Notes: generated from the sequence alone by a model not told the origin. Positions 1 to 9,814 are shown, counted from the first letter of the stretch. The stretch: 64,000 nucleotides of DNA from a bacterium (GCA_044869275.1 JBIOXB010000034.1:41968-105967); one strand, 5' to 3'. Program-made: numbers and translations.

Positions 1-1385
1 CACAAGATCATCAGCCCGGTCGCGCGCCGGCTCAGCTTTTTTCCTGCCTGAAAAATTTTGCCAATCATGCTCGTCCCGCACGCTGCGTGCCCTCTTGCTT
101 TCACGGTGCTGTGCTCCATGGTGTGATTCGCTTGCGAAAGTGAACTCATGCCCTGTCATCTCGGTTCATGCCGCCCCGACGACTTGCCAGTCGCTGTTTC
201 AAGCCGGAATCAATGCTTCAGAAAAGCCGCCCACAAACGGCGGCGGCTCCCTGAGCGGTTTTTCTCAAATGAAAAGACGCCACAACATTGACGCAATCGC
301 TATGCCATTGAAATAAATGCCAAATCGTAAAATCTTGCTGGCAGATTTCCGCATTCGGGCTGGTATTTTCACTTGTAATTACAGCCCGCGCGTTTCATTG
401 CGGACATTGTTTCAGCCGCAAACAGGAGGTTTGAAAATGTTGGGGGAAGCAGACGGTTGAAGGAGGATAGAGGTGAGACGAGTGATGTGTGTCGCGAGAA
501 AGGGGAAGAGAGAAAGGAGAAAGTGGAGTGGGTAGAGGGTCGGGCAGCAAGGGTTTTGAAAACCGCCGTTGCCTCAGAGTTATTCTATTTTCTCATGGAA
601 ACAATACTCGATAGATTGAAAGAAGCTTGGCTCCGGTACTACCCCTAAATGCGAGTGCTGAATCTACTGAAAAGATGTGATTGAAGTGAGACGTGGAATC
701 ATATCCCAACAGTTCACGCTCATGAAACGCATCGGCAAGAGATAGTTTTGTGGTTAAGAGTCAGCAGTATTTTCGATAAATAATTGCAATGAAAACTGCT
801 GTTTGCATATTTCTCGCAGACCCTCCTCTTCAATTTTACCGGCAAAACCCTTCTACTTGGCGCGCTTCTTGCTCTTAATTTCGATTAGCACGTTTCACAG
901 CAAGCCTCGTTACAGCGACAGACAAGAAGTTGAAAAGTGTAGTCCAATCGTCGCAACTGTAGCCAGGAGGTCTGCGCGACTATTCGTAGCTTACGACTGC
1001 ATCATTCGTGCCCACCCTTTCTTTCGCTGAATTCAAAATACCTAGCAGCGCTGTCACAGATCACGAGAAAAGCTTCCCGGGAATTGTAAGAAAAGACTAT
1101 CAATTTTATACAGCGGCGTACTTTTCTCGCACCTAATCTTTGATGCTTCCTTTTGGCGTGCAAAAATAGCCTGCGCACCTGCCAATATTACGCAGTCGCT
1201 ATGGAATGAAAGTAATTGAACCAGGAGAGAAGCGCCAGGCAGTTTTGCTCCGGCGCATGAGAATGTCGCATTCGATGCCAGTCCGGCACATGCAAGGGTC
1301 TCCTCTCCAAAAGCATGTTAGGAGGAGATTCTTCCTACGGTATCGCTTTCTACTCCGAGCGAAGAGCCAACAAAAGGAACCTGCC

Positions 1386-2330
1386 ATGAGCAAGCCCAAT
1401 CACCAGGGACGGCAGGAAAATCGCAACGGAATGCACCAGCCCCGGCACGAGGCTGCCGCCCAACCGGGCTTTGCCGCCGCGAAGCCGGACATTTCCTTTT
1501 TCTTTCCCGCGTTCGACGACGCCGGCACGGTGGAAAAACTCGCCCTCGCCGCGAGCGCGGTGCTGCGCGAAGTCGCGAACCAGTGGGAAGTGATCATCGT
1601 CAACGACGGCAGCTTCGACAACACCGGCGAAGTGGCCGACGCTTGCGCGCGGAAGTATGAAAACATCGTGGTCAAGCATCACCGGTACAATCAAGGCTAT
1701 GGCGCCGCGCTCAAAACCGGCTTCAAAACGGCGCGCTACGATTTGATTTTTTACACCGACGGCGACATGCAGTACGATCCGGAAGAATTGAAATTGCTGC
1801 TGCCGCTGTTGCGCGACGACGTCGCCATCGTCAGCGGCATCAAGTCCAAGCGTGCGGACCCTTGGGACCGCGTGGTGAGCGCGAAGATTTACAACTATGT
1901 CGTGCGTCTGTTCTTCCGCATCCACGTGCGCGACGTGGATGCGGCGTTCAAATTGATCCGCCACGAGGTGCTGCAAAATATGGAGCTGACCTCCAACGGC
2001 GGTTTCATTTGCGCCGAGCTGTTCGCCAAGGCGCGCCAACTGGGCTATCAGGTGGTACAGCATCCGGTGAGCCATTACCAGCGCACCTACGGCCGCTCCT
2101 CCGCGTTCAATCTGCTGTTTATCCTCCGCTCCACGCTCGAGCTCATGGACTTATGGTGGACGATCATGGCACGCGACAAATTCTTTGCCGCAAGACAGAA
2201 CTTTTGGAGACGCATCCTTTGGAGAAAACCCTCGCCCTTGCCGGAGGCCAGCCCGTCCGCCCCGAATTCCTGGTCTTCGGCAAACCCCGCCTCGAAGCAG
2301 CAGAAATCGACGAAGTCGTCGCCTGTCTGA
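1386..2330 (+). CDS. Glycosyltransferase family 2 (ArnC/DPM1-like polyprenol-phosphate glycosyltransferase)
   Basis: Motifs FFPAFDD, IIVNDGSFDNT, NQGYGAALKTG, YTDGDMQYDP, DVDAAFKLIR; start moved to ATG 1386 after AAAGGAA. Confidence 0.88.
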   Translation: MSKPNHQGRQENRNGMHQPRHEAAAQPGFAAAKPDISFFFPAFDDAGTVEKLALAASAVLREVANQWEVIIVNDGSFDNTGEVADACARKYENIVVKHHRYNQGYGAALKTGFKTARYDLIFYTDGDMQYDPEELKLLLPLLRDDVAIVSGIKSKRADPWDRVVSAKIYNYVVRLFFRIHVRDVDAAFKLIRHEVLQNMELTSNGGFICAELFAKARQLGYQVVQHPVSHYQRTYGRSSAFNLLFILRSTLELMDLWWTIMARDKFFAARQNFWRRILWRKPSPLPEASPSAPNSWSSANPASKQQKSTKSSPV

Positions 2331-3415
2331 AATCCGGCTGGATTTCCACCGGCCCGCGCGTGGCCAAGTTTGCCGCGCAGTTTCGCGATTACATCGGTTG
2401 CCAGCATGCCGTGCCGCTAAACTCGTGCACCGCGGGCTTGCACCTGGCGATGCTGGTGGCCGGCATCCAGCCCGGGGACGAAGTGATCACTTCGCCGCTC
2501 ACTTTTGCCGCTTCCGCCAATACCGTCATTCATTGCGGGGCCAAACCCGTATTCGTCGATGTCGATCCGCACACCTGCTTGATCAAAGCGGAAGAAATTG
2601 AAGCTCGGATCACCAGAAAAACGAAGGCGATCCTCCCCGTGCATTTCGCCGGCCGCGCATGCGACATGGACACGATCATGGCGATCGCACGCAAACACCA
2701 TCTCACCGTGATCGACGATGCCGCGCATGCGATCGAAACGGCCTATCACGGCACAAAGGTTGGGAACATCGCGGATCTCACGGCATTCAGTTTCTACGTC
2801 ACGAAAAACATCATCACCGGCGAAGGCGGGATGGTGACCACGAACAACGCGGAATGGGCGGAGAAGATTCAGATTTATGGCTTGCACGGCATGAGCAAAG
2901 ACGCGTGGAAGCGCTACTCCAGTGATGGCTTCAAGCATTATCAAATCGTATATCCCGGTTACAAGTACAATATGATGGATTTGCAGGCCGCACTGGGGAT
3001 ACACCAATTGGCGCACGTGCACGAGTATCTCAAAATCCGCGAACAAGTGTGGAAGGCATACGACGAGGCTTTTCGAGATCTACCGCTGTACACGCCGCCT
3101 CCCGCCGAAAAAGACACGCTGCATGCGCGGCATTTGTACACGCCCATGATCGATTTGTCCCGTTTGCAGGTGGACCGCGACACGGTGATGCAAGCACTGA
3201 TCAAAGAGAACATTGGCACGGGCATTCACTTCATCTCGCTGCACCTGCACGATTACTATCGCCGCACCTTTGGCTTCCAGCGCGACGATTTCCCCAATGC
3301 GCGCTGGGTTTCCGAGCGCACGATTTCATTGCCGCTGTCGGCAGCGTTGACGGACCAGGACGTGAATGACGTGATTACGGCAGTGCGGAAGGTGCTGCGG
3401 GCTTATCAGCGGTGA
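2219..3415 (+). CDS. DegT/DnrJ/EryC1/StrS (ArnB-like) PLP-dependent sugar aminotransferase
   Basis: SGWISTGP, NSCTAGLHLA, DDAAHA, FSFYVTKNIITGEGG, GYKYNM; probable TTG start at 2219 with GGAG upstream. Confidence 0.92.
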   Translation: MEKTLALAGGQPVRPEFLVFGKPRLEAAEIDEVVACLKSGWISTGPRVAKFAAQFRDYIGCQHAVPLNSCTAGLHLAMLVAGIQPGDEVITSPLTFAASANTVIHCGAKPVFVDVDPHTCLIKAEEIEARITRKTKAILPVHFAGRACDMDTIMAIARKHHLTVIDDAAHAIETAYHGTKVGNIADLTAFSFYVTKNIITGEGGMVTTNNAEWAEKIQIYGLHGMSKDAWKRYSSDGFKHYQIVYPGYKYNMMDLQAALGIHQLAHVHEYLKIREQVWKAYDEAFRDLPLYTPPPAEKDTLHARHLYTPMIDLSRLQVDRDTVMQALIKENIGTGIHFISLHLHDYYRRTFGFQRDDFPNARWVSERTISLPLSAALTDQDVNDVITAVRKVLRAYQR

Positions 3416-3507
3416 GCGGGAATAAGGCCAAAGAGTGGGTGGATAATCAATGATATACCTGTTTCAAGCAGTGGGTTTGAAGGAAGCGCGCAGCGGGGCG
3501 TTGACGT

Positions 3508-3959
3508 ATGCGAAATAAACTGCTTTATGGCGACAATTTGGACGTTCTGCGAAAGGACTGATCGGAAAAGCGGTAAGGTTTATCGCTACTATTTAGACGA
3601 AGGAAAGATCGCCGAGGATTACTGGATAGATATTGAAACCCTGAATCGAGAAGATAGAGAGCGTCTTGGATATCAAACTCAAAAGCCCGAAGCTTTGCTG
3701 GAACGTATTATCAAATCCAGCAGCAATGACGGCGATTTTGTCTTAGATGCTTATTGCGGCTGTGGCACGACCGTTGCAGTTGCTGAGAGACTAAAACGCA
3801 ACTGGATTGAAATTGATATAGCCTATCAAAGCATTAGCCTAATCTTGAAAGGATGAGACCGAAAAGGTGATTTCTCAAGTCAAGTCAGGCAGCGTCAATC
3901 GCGGAACGATAGCCACCTTGCGCGGTGACATGGAGCGCGAGAAAGCACAAATCGGTATA
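3508..3959 (+). pseudogene. Internally deleted site-specific DNA methyltransferase (N4/N6 type) with restriction-endonuclease-like C-terminal fragment
   Basis: Three frame-shifted pieces: MRNKLLYGDNLDVLR; RLGYQTQKPEALLERIIKSSSN..VLDAYCGCGTT; VISQVKSGSVNRGTIATLRGDMERE. The DPPF/Y catalytic region is absent. Confidence 0.8.
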
Positions 3960-3984
3960 AGGAATCAAAACATCACTGCAAAGG

Positions 3985-4647
3985 TCAACTCGCCTTGTAT
4001 AAATCGGCGGGATCTCCGGCGAGTATCAGCGCAATAATCTCTCTTTCACCGGGAAACTCCTGCGCAAATAGCCAATCCACACGCAGCCAGAAGCCAGGAA
4101 TAACCGTGGAACGAACCACGCCCATATGGTCGAGAGGAATGTCTTTCCAACTACCACCACTGTTCTTCCAGAAGCTTGCGGTTTGCCGAAAGGCATCAAT
4201 GACCCAGTATTCACGCACGCCGAACTTGGCGTACAGCTCTTTTTTCTCCATCAAATCCAAACGCCGGCTACCAGGCGAGACGAGCTCGATGACAAGATCG
4301 GCGGGACCCTCCAAGGCTTTGCCTTTGCTTTGCGGCAGTTTGGCGTTGCTGATAAACATAATATCCGGCTCGGGTGCGTCGATTTCGGATAATTTCATGG
4401 CGGCGCGCGAACCCAACACGTGCCCGATTTTTTTCTCTCGAACGTAACCGCGCAAAAGCATTAGCAGGAACCCAAACAAATCTTCGTGCTCAAAGGTGGG
4501 TGGAGCAGCCATATAAATAACCCCATTGATAAGATCGGCTTTTTGATCCTCACGAATGATCGTGCAAAACTCGTCGAAAGTGATCAGTTCTGGCGGCGGC
4601 GTTTGTCGCGGCAGAGGGCGAGTCAAAATACCAACATCGATAGCCAT
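3985..4647 (-). CDS. Uma2 family (DUF820) PD-(D/E)xK endonuclease-like protein
   Basis: DLINGVIYM..P..EHE, PEPDIMF, GPADLVIELVSPGS..D..EKKELYAKFGVREYWVID. Confidence 0.92.
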   Translation of the reverse strand: MAIDVGILTRPLPRQTPPPELITFDEFCTIIREDQKADLINGVIYMAAPPTFEHEDLFGFLLMLLRGYVREKKIGHVLGSRAAMKLSEIDAPEPDIMFISNAKLPQSKGKALEGPADLVIELVSPGSRRLDLMEKKELYAKFGVREYWVIDAFRQTASFWKNSGGSWKDIPLDHMGVVRSTVIPGFWLRVDWLFAQEFPGEREIIALILAGDPADLYKAS

Positions 4648-4755
4648 TTGTCTATGCTCTGTATTGAGTCCGTATTTTATTAAAAAGCCCCATTGCTAAA
4701 ATAGCAATAAATTTCAAACAAACAAGCTGTACTTCAATACGAAGCCGGCACCGAT

Positions 4756-5376
4756 TTAAGTGCCGTTGTTTCCTCGAAAAATCCCCACCATCTCTCTTCC
4801 TCCCGGAATAAAAAAAAATTTTTGAAATGCGGGAAAAGTTTTGAATACTTGTGCCAGCGATTCTTCGCGGAAGCGCTCGCCGGAATAGGAGGAATCTTCT
4901 TTTGTTGGATGCGTCAATATCTGGCTGAGCTTGGCGAGCCAGGCCAGGCGCGAATCGGAAAGGTTGCGCACGGGCTCGGCGATGATCACTTTACGGCGCG
5001 CGGCGGCGAGCATTTTGGCCACAATCTCTTCGGCACGCGGCAGGAACTGATAAAGGCTGGCCTGCATCAGCACGATGTCCGCGCGCGGAATTTCATCCTG
5101 CCAGACATTGAAAACGCGCGCATTCACCCCGTGTTTTTGCGCCGCACGCACGAACGCTGGCGACAAGTCCAGACCGAGATACTTCACGGATTTCGCGCAC
5201 AAATGCTGGCGATAAAGATAGCAATCCCCCGCGCACAGATCCACCACGGAAGATCCTTCCGGAATCTCGCTGGCAAGGGCACGATAACGTGCTGCAAAGT
5301 GGCGGCCGTATAACACGCGCATGAGCGCGCGATAGAGGCGTTCATTGGAATAGATGAGCGAAACCGATGGCGACAT
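4756..5376 (-). CDS. Class I SAM-dependent methyltransferase
   Basis: SVVDLCAGDC motif I, YLGLDLSP motif II. Confidence 0.8.
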   Translation of the reverse strand: MSPSVSLIYSNERLYRALMRVLYGRHFAARYRALASEIPEGSSVVDLCAGDCYLYRQHLCAKSVKYLGLDLSPAFVRAAQKHGVNARVFNVWQDEIPRADIVLMQASLYQFLPRAEEIVAKMLAAARRKVIIAEPVRNLSDSRLAWLAKLSQILTHPTKEDSSYSGERFREESLAQVFKTFPAFQKFFFIPGGREMVGIFRGNNGT

Positions 5377-5456
5377 GGTTGATCCATTCTAAAGCAATCG
5401 AAACAAGGCTTACTGAAAAAGCAAAGATTTCACGCTTAGATTGAAAGGCGAAGCGC

Positions 5457-7304
5457 CTATTGCGTTCCCCCTGCTTGCACCACGGAGGGATCCCGAATAT
5501 CGTAAATGCTAATAGTCGGGCGCTCTAGGAAGCCCATGCCCCAGGGATGCTGGTGCGCCGCGGGCGGCACGAATTCCTGCACTAGCCGGCCCTGCTCTTC
5601 TAGCTCGCTGTAAAACTCCTGCCACGATTTGGCCATTTCTGGATACTTGGCGCACGTGGCGGCGTCGAAGAACCTTCTCTTCAACAAACTGGAGCTGATC
5701 ACAAAGTGCACCCCGCGCTCGCGGTAATATGCCAGCGGGCGGGCGCGCCATGTGGAAAAGTCAGGCAAGTTCTGCAAAACAGCGCGCATCGAATCCAGCG
5801 CGGCGAAGTCGAGCTGATAGTCGAACCCGTGGCGCAGAATCCAGGCACTCAGAGGATTTTGCAGCAGCGCCAGTTTCATGGACAGCTTTTTCCTGCTGGA
5901 TTCCTCCGTGATGAGTTCCATTTGTGAGATGCTGAGTTGGCCCGGCGGTACCGGCGGCAGCATCCACGAGCCCGCGCGCATGGCGACGTTCGTTTCCCGG
6001 GGAATGTGGGCTTTGATCCAATCCGCCGCCTGTACGCGCGTGTCTTCCTGCATTGCGATCCAGCACCACTGGCCGGCGTAATAAATCGACGGCGCAGAGA
6101 AGAGCAATGCCAGCGCGGTCGCAGCCCATGCTGTGGGCCATCTAAAGCGCGTGATCATTTCCGATGCGCGCGTGATAAAAATGCCGGCATAAATGCACCA
6201 AAACGGCAGTACCGGAATGAGATAGCGGTCAACTTTGAGTGTGGCATTACCCATCAACAAATAAAAAAAGAACGGGAAACAGAGGAGCAGGAGGTCTCGG
6301 GTGCGGTGTTTCCACAGCGAGTACAGCATGCCGGCAAAAACTGCGCTCACCAACATCAATCCCAGCCCGCCGCTCGGCGTGACCGCGGTGAAATAGCCCC
6401 AGAAACCGGATTCTGGCACGCCGAGATGGCCGGATTTGGAATGAAAGATCTGGGACAGCAAGCCGCTGGCGAAGCTTTTGAAATCGAGCAAGGCATACGG
6501 TGTTCCCACCAAAAAGCCCGCGGCCGCGCACAGGGAGAGGATAGGAATCGCACGAGAAAAAATCGCACGGCGCCAGGAGGCACCGGCCGCGCGCTGCCGC
6601 AGGACATGGGCGGCGAGCACCGTCAACAGAATCAGGCCCACGGGATATTTCGCCGACGCCGCCAAGCCGGCCACGAAGGCCGCCCAGTGAAGGCCGCCGG
6701 GCTTTCGGGTTTGATAAGCGCGCACACAGAGATAATAAGCCCAGACGGCGAAAAAAGCGGAGGGCACATCCGTGGCGAGAAAATGCGAGTCCGTGAAATG
6801 CACGTAAGCGAAAGTCAAAAACCAGGCGGCGACCAGCGCGACCGTTGCGTTCCAACATCGCCGCGCGGAAAGATAAGTGAAATACACGGTGGCGGCACCG
6901 AGCGTCGCCGCCAGCAGGCGGCCGAGCAAGTGAAAATAAAAAATGTTTTGTACAGCGTAATCATAAAATTGCGACAGACTTCCGATGCTGCCGCACGCGT
7001 GCAGCGCCATTCCTGTCATCAAATAAAGAAACGCCGTGAGGTATATGCAGAGCGAAGGATACTCAAAAAAATGAGGATTCAAATCGTACGCCGGGCTTTT
7101 GAGCATGTCCAAGGCTTTTTGCGCGATGAATTGCTCGTCGGGATGCAACACGTAAGGATGGCCGAACCAGGTTCCCCACACACGAATAGCGAGAGCCAGA
7201 GCCAGAATCACGAACAGTGCTCTGGGAGATTTTTTCGGCAACAAGGCAACTGCCGGTGCGGTGGCGGTGGCGTGAGCTTTAGGTAGAATCATGGTAAGAA
7301 ACAT
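5457..7304 (-). CDS. GT-C membrane glycosyltransferase (family 39 / ArnT-PMT-like)
   Basis: HPDE loop, LNPHFFEYP, many TM segments, ATDVP, AASAKYP, RYLIPVLP, DTRVQAADWI. Confidence 0.85.
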   Translation of the reverse strand: MFLTMILPKAHATATAPAVALLPKKSPRALFVILALALAIRVWGTWFGHPYVLHPDEQFIAQKALDMLKSPAYDLNPHFFEYPSLCIYLTAFLYLMTGMALHACGSIGSLSQFYDYAVQNIFYFHLLGRLLAATLGAATVYFTYLSARRCWNATVALVAAWFLTFAYVHFTDSHFLATDVPSAFFAVWAYYLCVRAYQTRKPGGLHWAAFVAGLAASAKYPVGLILLTVLAAHVLRQRAAGASWRRAIFSRAIPILSLCAAAGFLVGTPYALLDFKSFASGLLSQIFHSKSGHLGVPESGFWGYFTAVTPSGGLGLMLVSAVFAGMLYSLWKHRTRDLLLLCFPFFFYLLMGNATLKVDRYLIPVLPFWCIYAGIFITRASEMITRFRWPTAWAATALALLFSAPSIYYAGQWCWIAMQEDTRVQAADWIKAHIPRETNVAMRAGSWMLPPVPPGQLSISQMELITEESSRKKLSMKLALLQNPLSAWILRHGFDYQLDFAALDSMRAVLQNLPDFSTWRARPLAYYRERGVHFVISSSLLKRRFFDAATCAKYPEMAKSWQEFYSELEEQGRLVQEFVPPAAHQHPWGMGFLERPTISIYDIRDPSVVQAGGTQ

Positions 7305-7656
7305 GAATGAGCAGAGCAGGGCGCGCGCGAAGCCCCAAGGATCAGAACGGACGTGTGCCCGGACAAATTTTAGCCGGGCCGTGCGGACTTTTCTTGCGGA
7401 AGCCCCGCCTTACCTAGTGATGATTTTTGCTACCGCCCCTCAGCGCGCGATCGGAAGAATGTTTGCCCGGTTGGGCGAAGAATTCTCTCAAAGAAATACC
7501 GGCGTTAAACCCCGACTGCGTAAAACTTGAGCTTTGCAGGAACGACATGAACGAGGCCGCACGTTGATCGAAAACACACTCCTCCCAAAGCGACAAAGAT
7601 TCCACGTGGGTGTTTTTGTTCGTGGGGGCTTTTGCAAAAAGTCAATAAATCCGGCG

Positions 7657-8481
7657 TCACTGCTGCAGACTATCCAATAATTTTCGGGCGGATTGATGGT
7701 AGAAATCGTGCGGCGGGCGGTGGAGGAGTTCTAACAAGGCGCCTCTGGCCTCTTCGAGGTGCCGCTGCTGCAGATGAGCGTGTGCCAGAAACCAAAAGAC
7801 TTCGGCGGGCGCCTCCTCCTTGGCCAAGGGGGACAATCGCTGCACCGCTTTTTCAAACTTGCGATTTTGCAGCAGGACGATTCCCCACAGCATTTGGATT
7901 TGAGGCTCCTGCGGATAGTGGTTCGCGAAAAGCTCGAGCGAATCCGCGACGGCGGCAAACTGTGCTTTGCGATAGAGCGGGTAGAGCGTGTTGAGCCGTT
8001 GCCGCAAACGCGCATCGCTGATCGCGGGAAAATCATCCGGCCAATCGAACGCCGGTGGAATGGGGGCGGAGCCGCCTTTCCCGGCGAGAAAAGCCTTGAA
8101 ATTTGCGTCGTCGCCCGATTCGTGCAACGTTTTCTCGGCTTCGTGAAAGAGCCAGACAACAGTGGTCACGATCAAAATCAACGCGGCATAATTGAACGCG
8201 GGCCGCCACTTTCCCAAGCTCCAAGACAGCCTTTCGAAACCGTGCGCGAAACGATCGGCATACCTGGCCAGAATGCCGGCGTCGGGCGCATAGGCGGGCG
8301 CAAAAATATATTGGCCGTGCCGCTCCATCAGCAGCGCGGTTTTTTGCACCCACAGAACGTTATGCGCGCATTCGTCACAGCCTAAAAAATGAGCTTCAAA
8401 AGCTTCCTGTTCTTCGGGCGGCAGTTCTTCACGAACATAGGCCACGATTTTATCAAACTGGTTGCGATATGGGCACTTCAT
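7657..8481 (-). CDS. Anti-sigma factor: N-terminal zf-HC2 (ZAS), one TM helix, C-terminal TPR-like domain
   Basis: AYVREEL..EEQEAFEAHFLGCDEC (HxxxCxxC); TM YAALILIVTTVVWLF; TPR-like helices (WGIVLLQNRKFEKA, FWFLAHAHLQQRHLEEAR); 24 bp downstream of an ECF sigma. Confidence 0.85.
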   Translation of the reverse strand: MKCPYRNQFDKIVAYVREELPPEEQEAFEAHFLGCDECAHNVLWVQKTALLMERHGQYIFAPAYAPDAGILARYADRFAHGFERLSWSLGKWRPAFNYAALILIVTTVVWLFHEAEKTLHESGDDANFKAFLAGKGGSAPIPPAFDWPDDFPAISDARLRQRLNTLYPLYRKAQFAAVADSLELFANHYPQEPQIQMLWGIVLLQNRKFEKAVQRLSPLAKEEAPAEVFWFLAHAHLQQRHLEEARGALLELLHRPPHDFYHQSARKLLDSLQQ

Positions 8482-8505
8482 GAGAGTTTCAACTCCAGTT
8501 GTCGC

Positions 8506-9054
8506 TCAGCCATACAGACTTCTCAGGACGGGGTCTTTTAAACAGAGCTTGCGCAGCCGCTTCAGGGCATCGGATTTCAGGCTATACACCTTGTCCGGCG
8601 GCAGATTCAGTTGCTGCGCTACCTCTCCTTCCTTATACCCTTTGTAGAACACCAATTCCAAAACCTGGACATATTTCTTCGGCAGCAGCTTGAGTTTTTC
8701 GCGCAGATAGTATTTAAGCTCCCCGGCCTCGGCCTCGTCGCGAAACAGGGAGTCCATGCCCTCCGCATAGGTGAGCGGTGCGGTGCGGCGTTGCTGCCGG
8801 CCTTTTTTGCGGAAATGCGTTTGCGCCACCTTGGTGGCGATGCCGCATAGAAACGTGCTGGGCTCGGCTTCGTTGCGGCCTTCGTAGTTCTGGAAGCTGC
8901 GCAAAGCTGCCACCATCGTGTCCTGCGTCACTTCCTCCAAATCGTGGCCCTCCAGGCCCCATTTTTTTTGCAGAAAGAATTTTATGAATGGCCGGCGGCC
9001 GGCGATCCAATCGGGGTCGATATTTTTACCGGGCTTGGCGATAGCTCCTCCCAC
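8506..9054 (-). CDS. ECF (sigma-70 group 4) RNA polymerase sigma factor
   Basis: Region 2 DLEEVTQDTMVAA..STFLCGIATK; region 4 LPKKYVQVLEL.FYKGYKEGEVAQQLNLP..KVYSLKSDALKRLR. Confidence 0.92.
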   Translation of the reverse strand: MGGAIAKPGKNIDPDWIAGRRPFIKFFLQKKWGLEGHDLEEVTQDTMVAALRSFQNYEGRNEAEPSTFLCGIATKVAQTHFRKKGRQQRRTAPLTYAEGMDSLFRDEAEAGELKYYLREKLKLLPKKYVQVLELVFYKGYKEGEVAQQLNLPPDKVYSLKSDALKRLRKLCLKDPVLRSLYG

Positions 9055-9357
9055 CTCCAGTTTACATTGAGACTCGCGCAGCGCACAGATGCAGGCTTTT
9101 GTATAATTTTGAAAAAAATATGTGAGAAATCAACCTCTGTTTTCGTCTATATGAGCAGAGAGAAGAAACAGGCGACACTCAGGGGCCCAGATTTGGCGCT
9201 TCGCCTTCCTTCACGGAATCGGGAAGAACAGGAGTGCACACGAGTGTCGATCTGATTTAGCTCGGCAATTTCAATCTATCACGACGCGCCGAGCTGCAGT
9301 CGGCCGGCTGTTCTGCATGTCAGGCAATTCAACTCTTATCCGGAAAGGATAACAAAC

Positions 9358-9543
9358 ATGCGAACAGTCATGTCTTTCTTGCTGGTGTTGTTGTTTGCGC
9401 TGCTGGCCGGGTGTGAAACTTACGCGCCCACCGCGCCGAACAACGAGAAGAAACCTGCTGTGCAAAGCGACAGGATCAATGAAGAATGCGGTACGTGCGG
9501 CAATCCTCCTCCTCCGGGCAGCGGTGGTGGTGGAGGTGGTTGA
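9358..9543 (+). CDS. Small lipoprotein (61 aa) with CxxC and Pro/Gly-rich C-terminus
   Basis: RBS AAAGGA; lipobox LLAG|C; mature part ends EECGTCGNPPPPGSGGGGGG; followed by a terminator-like hairpin. Confidence 0.75.
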   Translation: MRTVMSFLLVLLFALLAGCETYAPTAPNNEKKPAVQSDRINEECGTCGNPPPPGSGGGGGG

Positions 9544-9592
9544 TTCCCGTCACAACTCGTCGGCTTCATTATTGGTGATTGGTTTCTTCATG

Positions 9593-9627
9593 CGACTCCG
9601 CCGTTTATCCCGGCGGAGTCGTATTTT
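9593..9627 (+). terminator. Probable intrinsic terminator
   Basis: Perfect 11-bp stem CGACTCCGCCG/CGGCGGAGTCG, 7-nt loop, followed by TATTTT. Confidence 0.7.
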
Positions 9628-9814
9628 ACTAACTTGCTTCTCATATTATTGCTTGCCTTCAGAATTCTTTTTCATAATCTTGCGCCAACTTATTCTCTTC
9701 CTCCGGGCGGCGGTGGTTGATGCCGTTAACGCACTCGCTGCGGGCATTCGCAGTACTTCACTTCGTCGAGCGACTCTGCTGCTGAAAATGGCGGAATCGA
9801 GTTTTTACAGCGGT

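Noticed and set aside
1862..2218. Extended N-termini given by the ORF track (also at 1206, 29397, 31553, 33936, 44385, 52102, 59483)
   Set aside because: The extensions overlap other genes or repeats and precede the family-typical starts
5937..7286. 449-aa + strand ORF
   Set aside because: Antisense to the GT-C glycosyltransferase; Arg/Gln-rich shadow composition
9541..9543. Selenocysteine or readthrough at the lipoprotein TGA
   Set aside because: The stop follows a Gly run rather than a redox motif; the hairpin is ~50 nt away and resembles a terminator, not a bacterial SECIS
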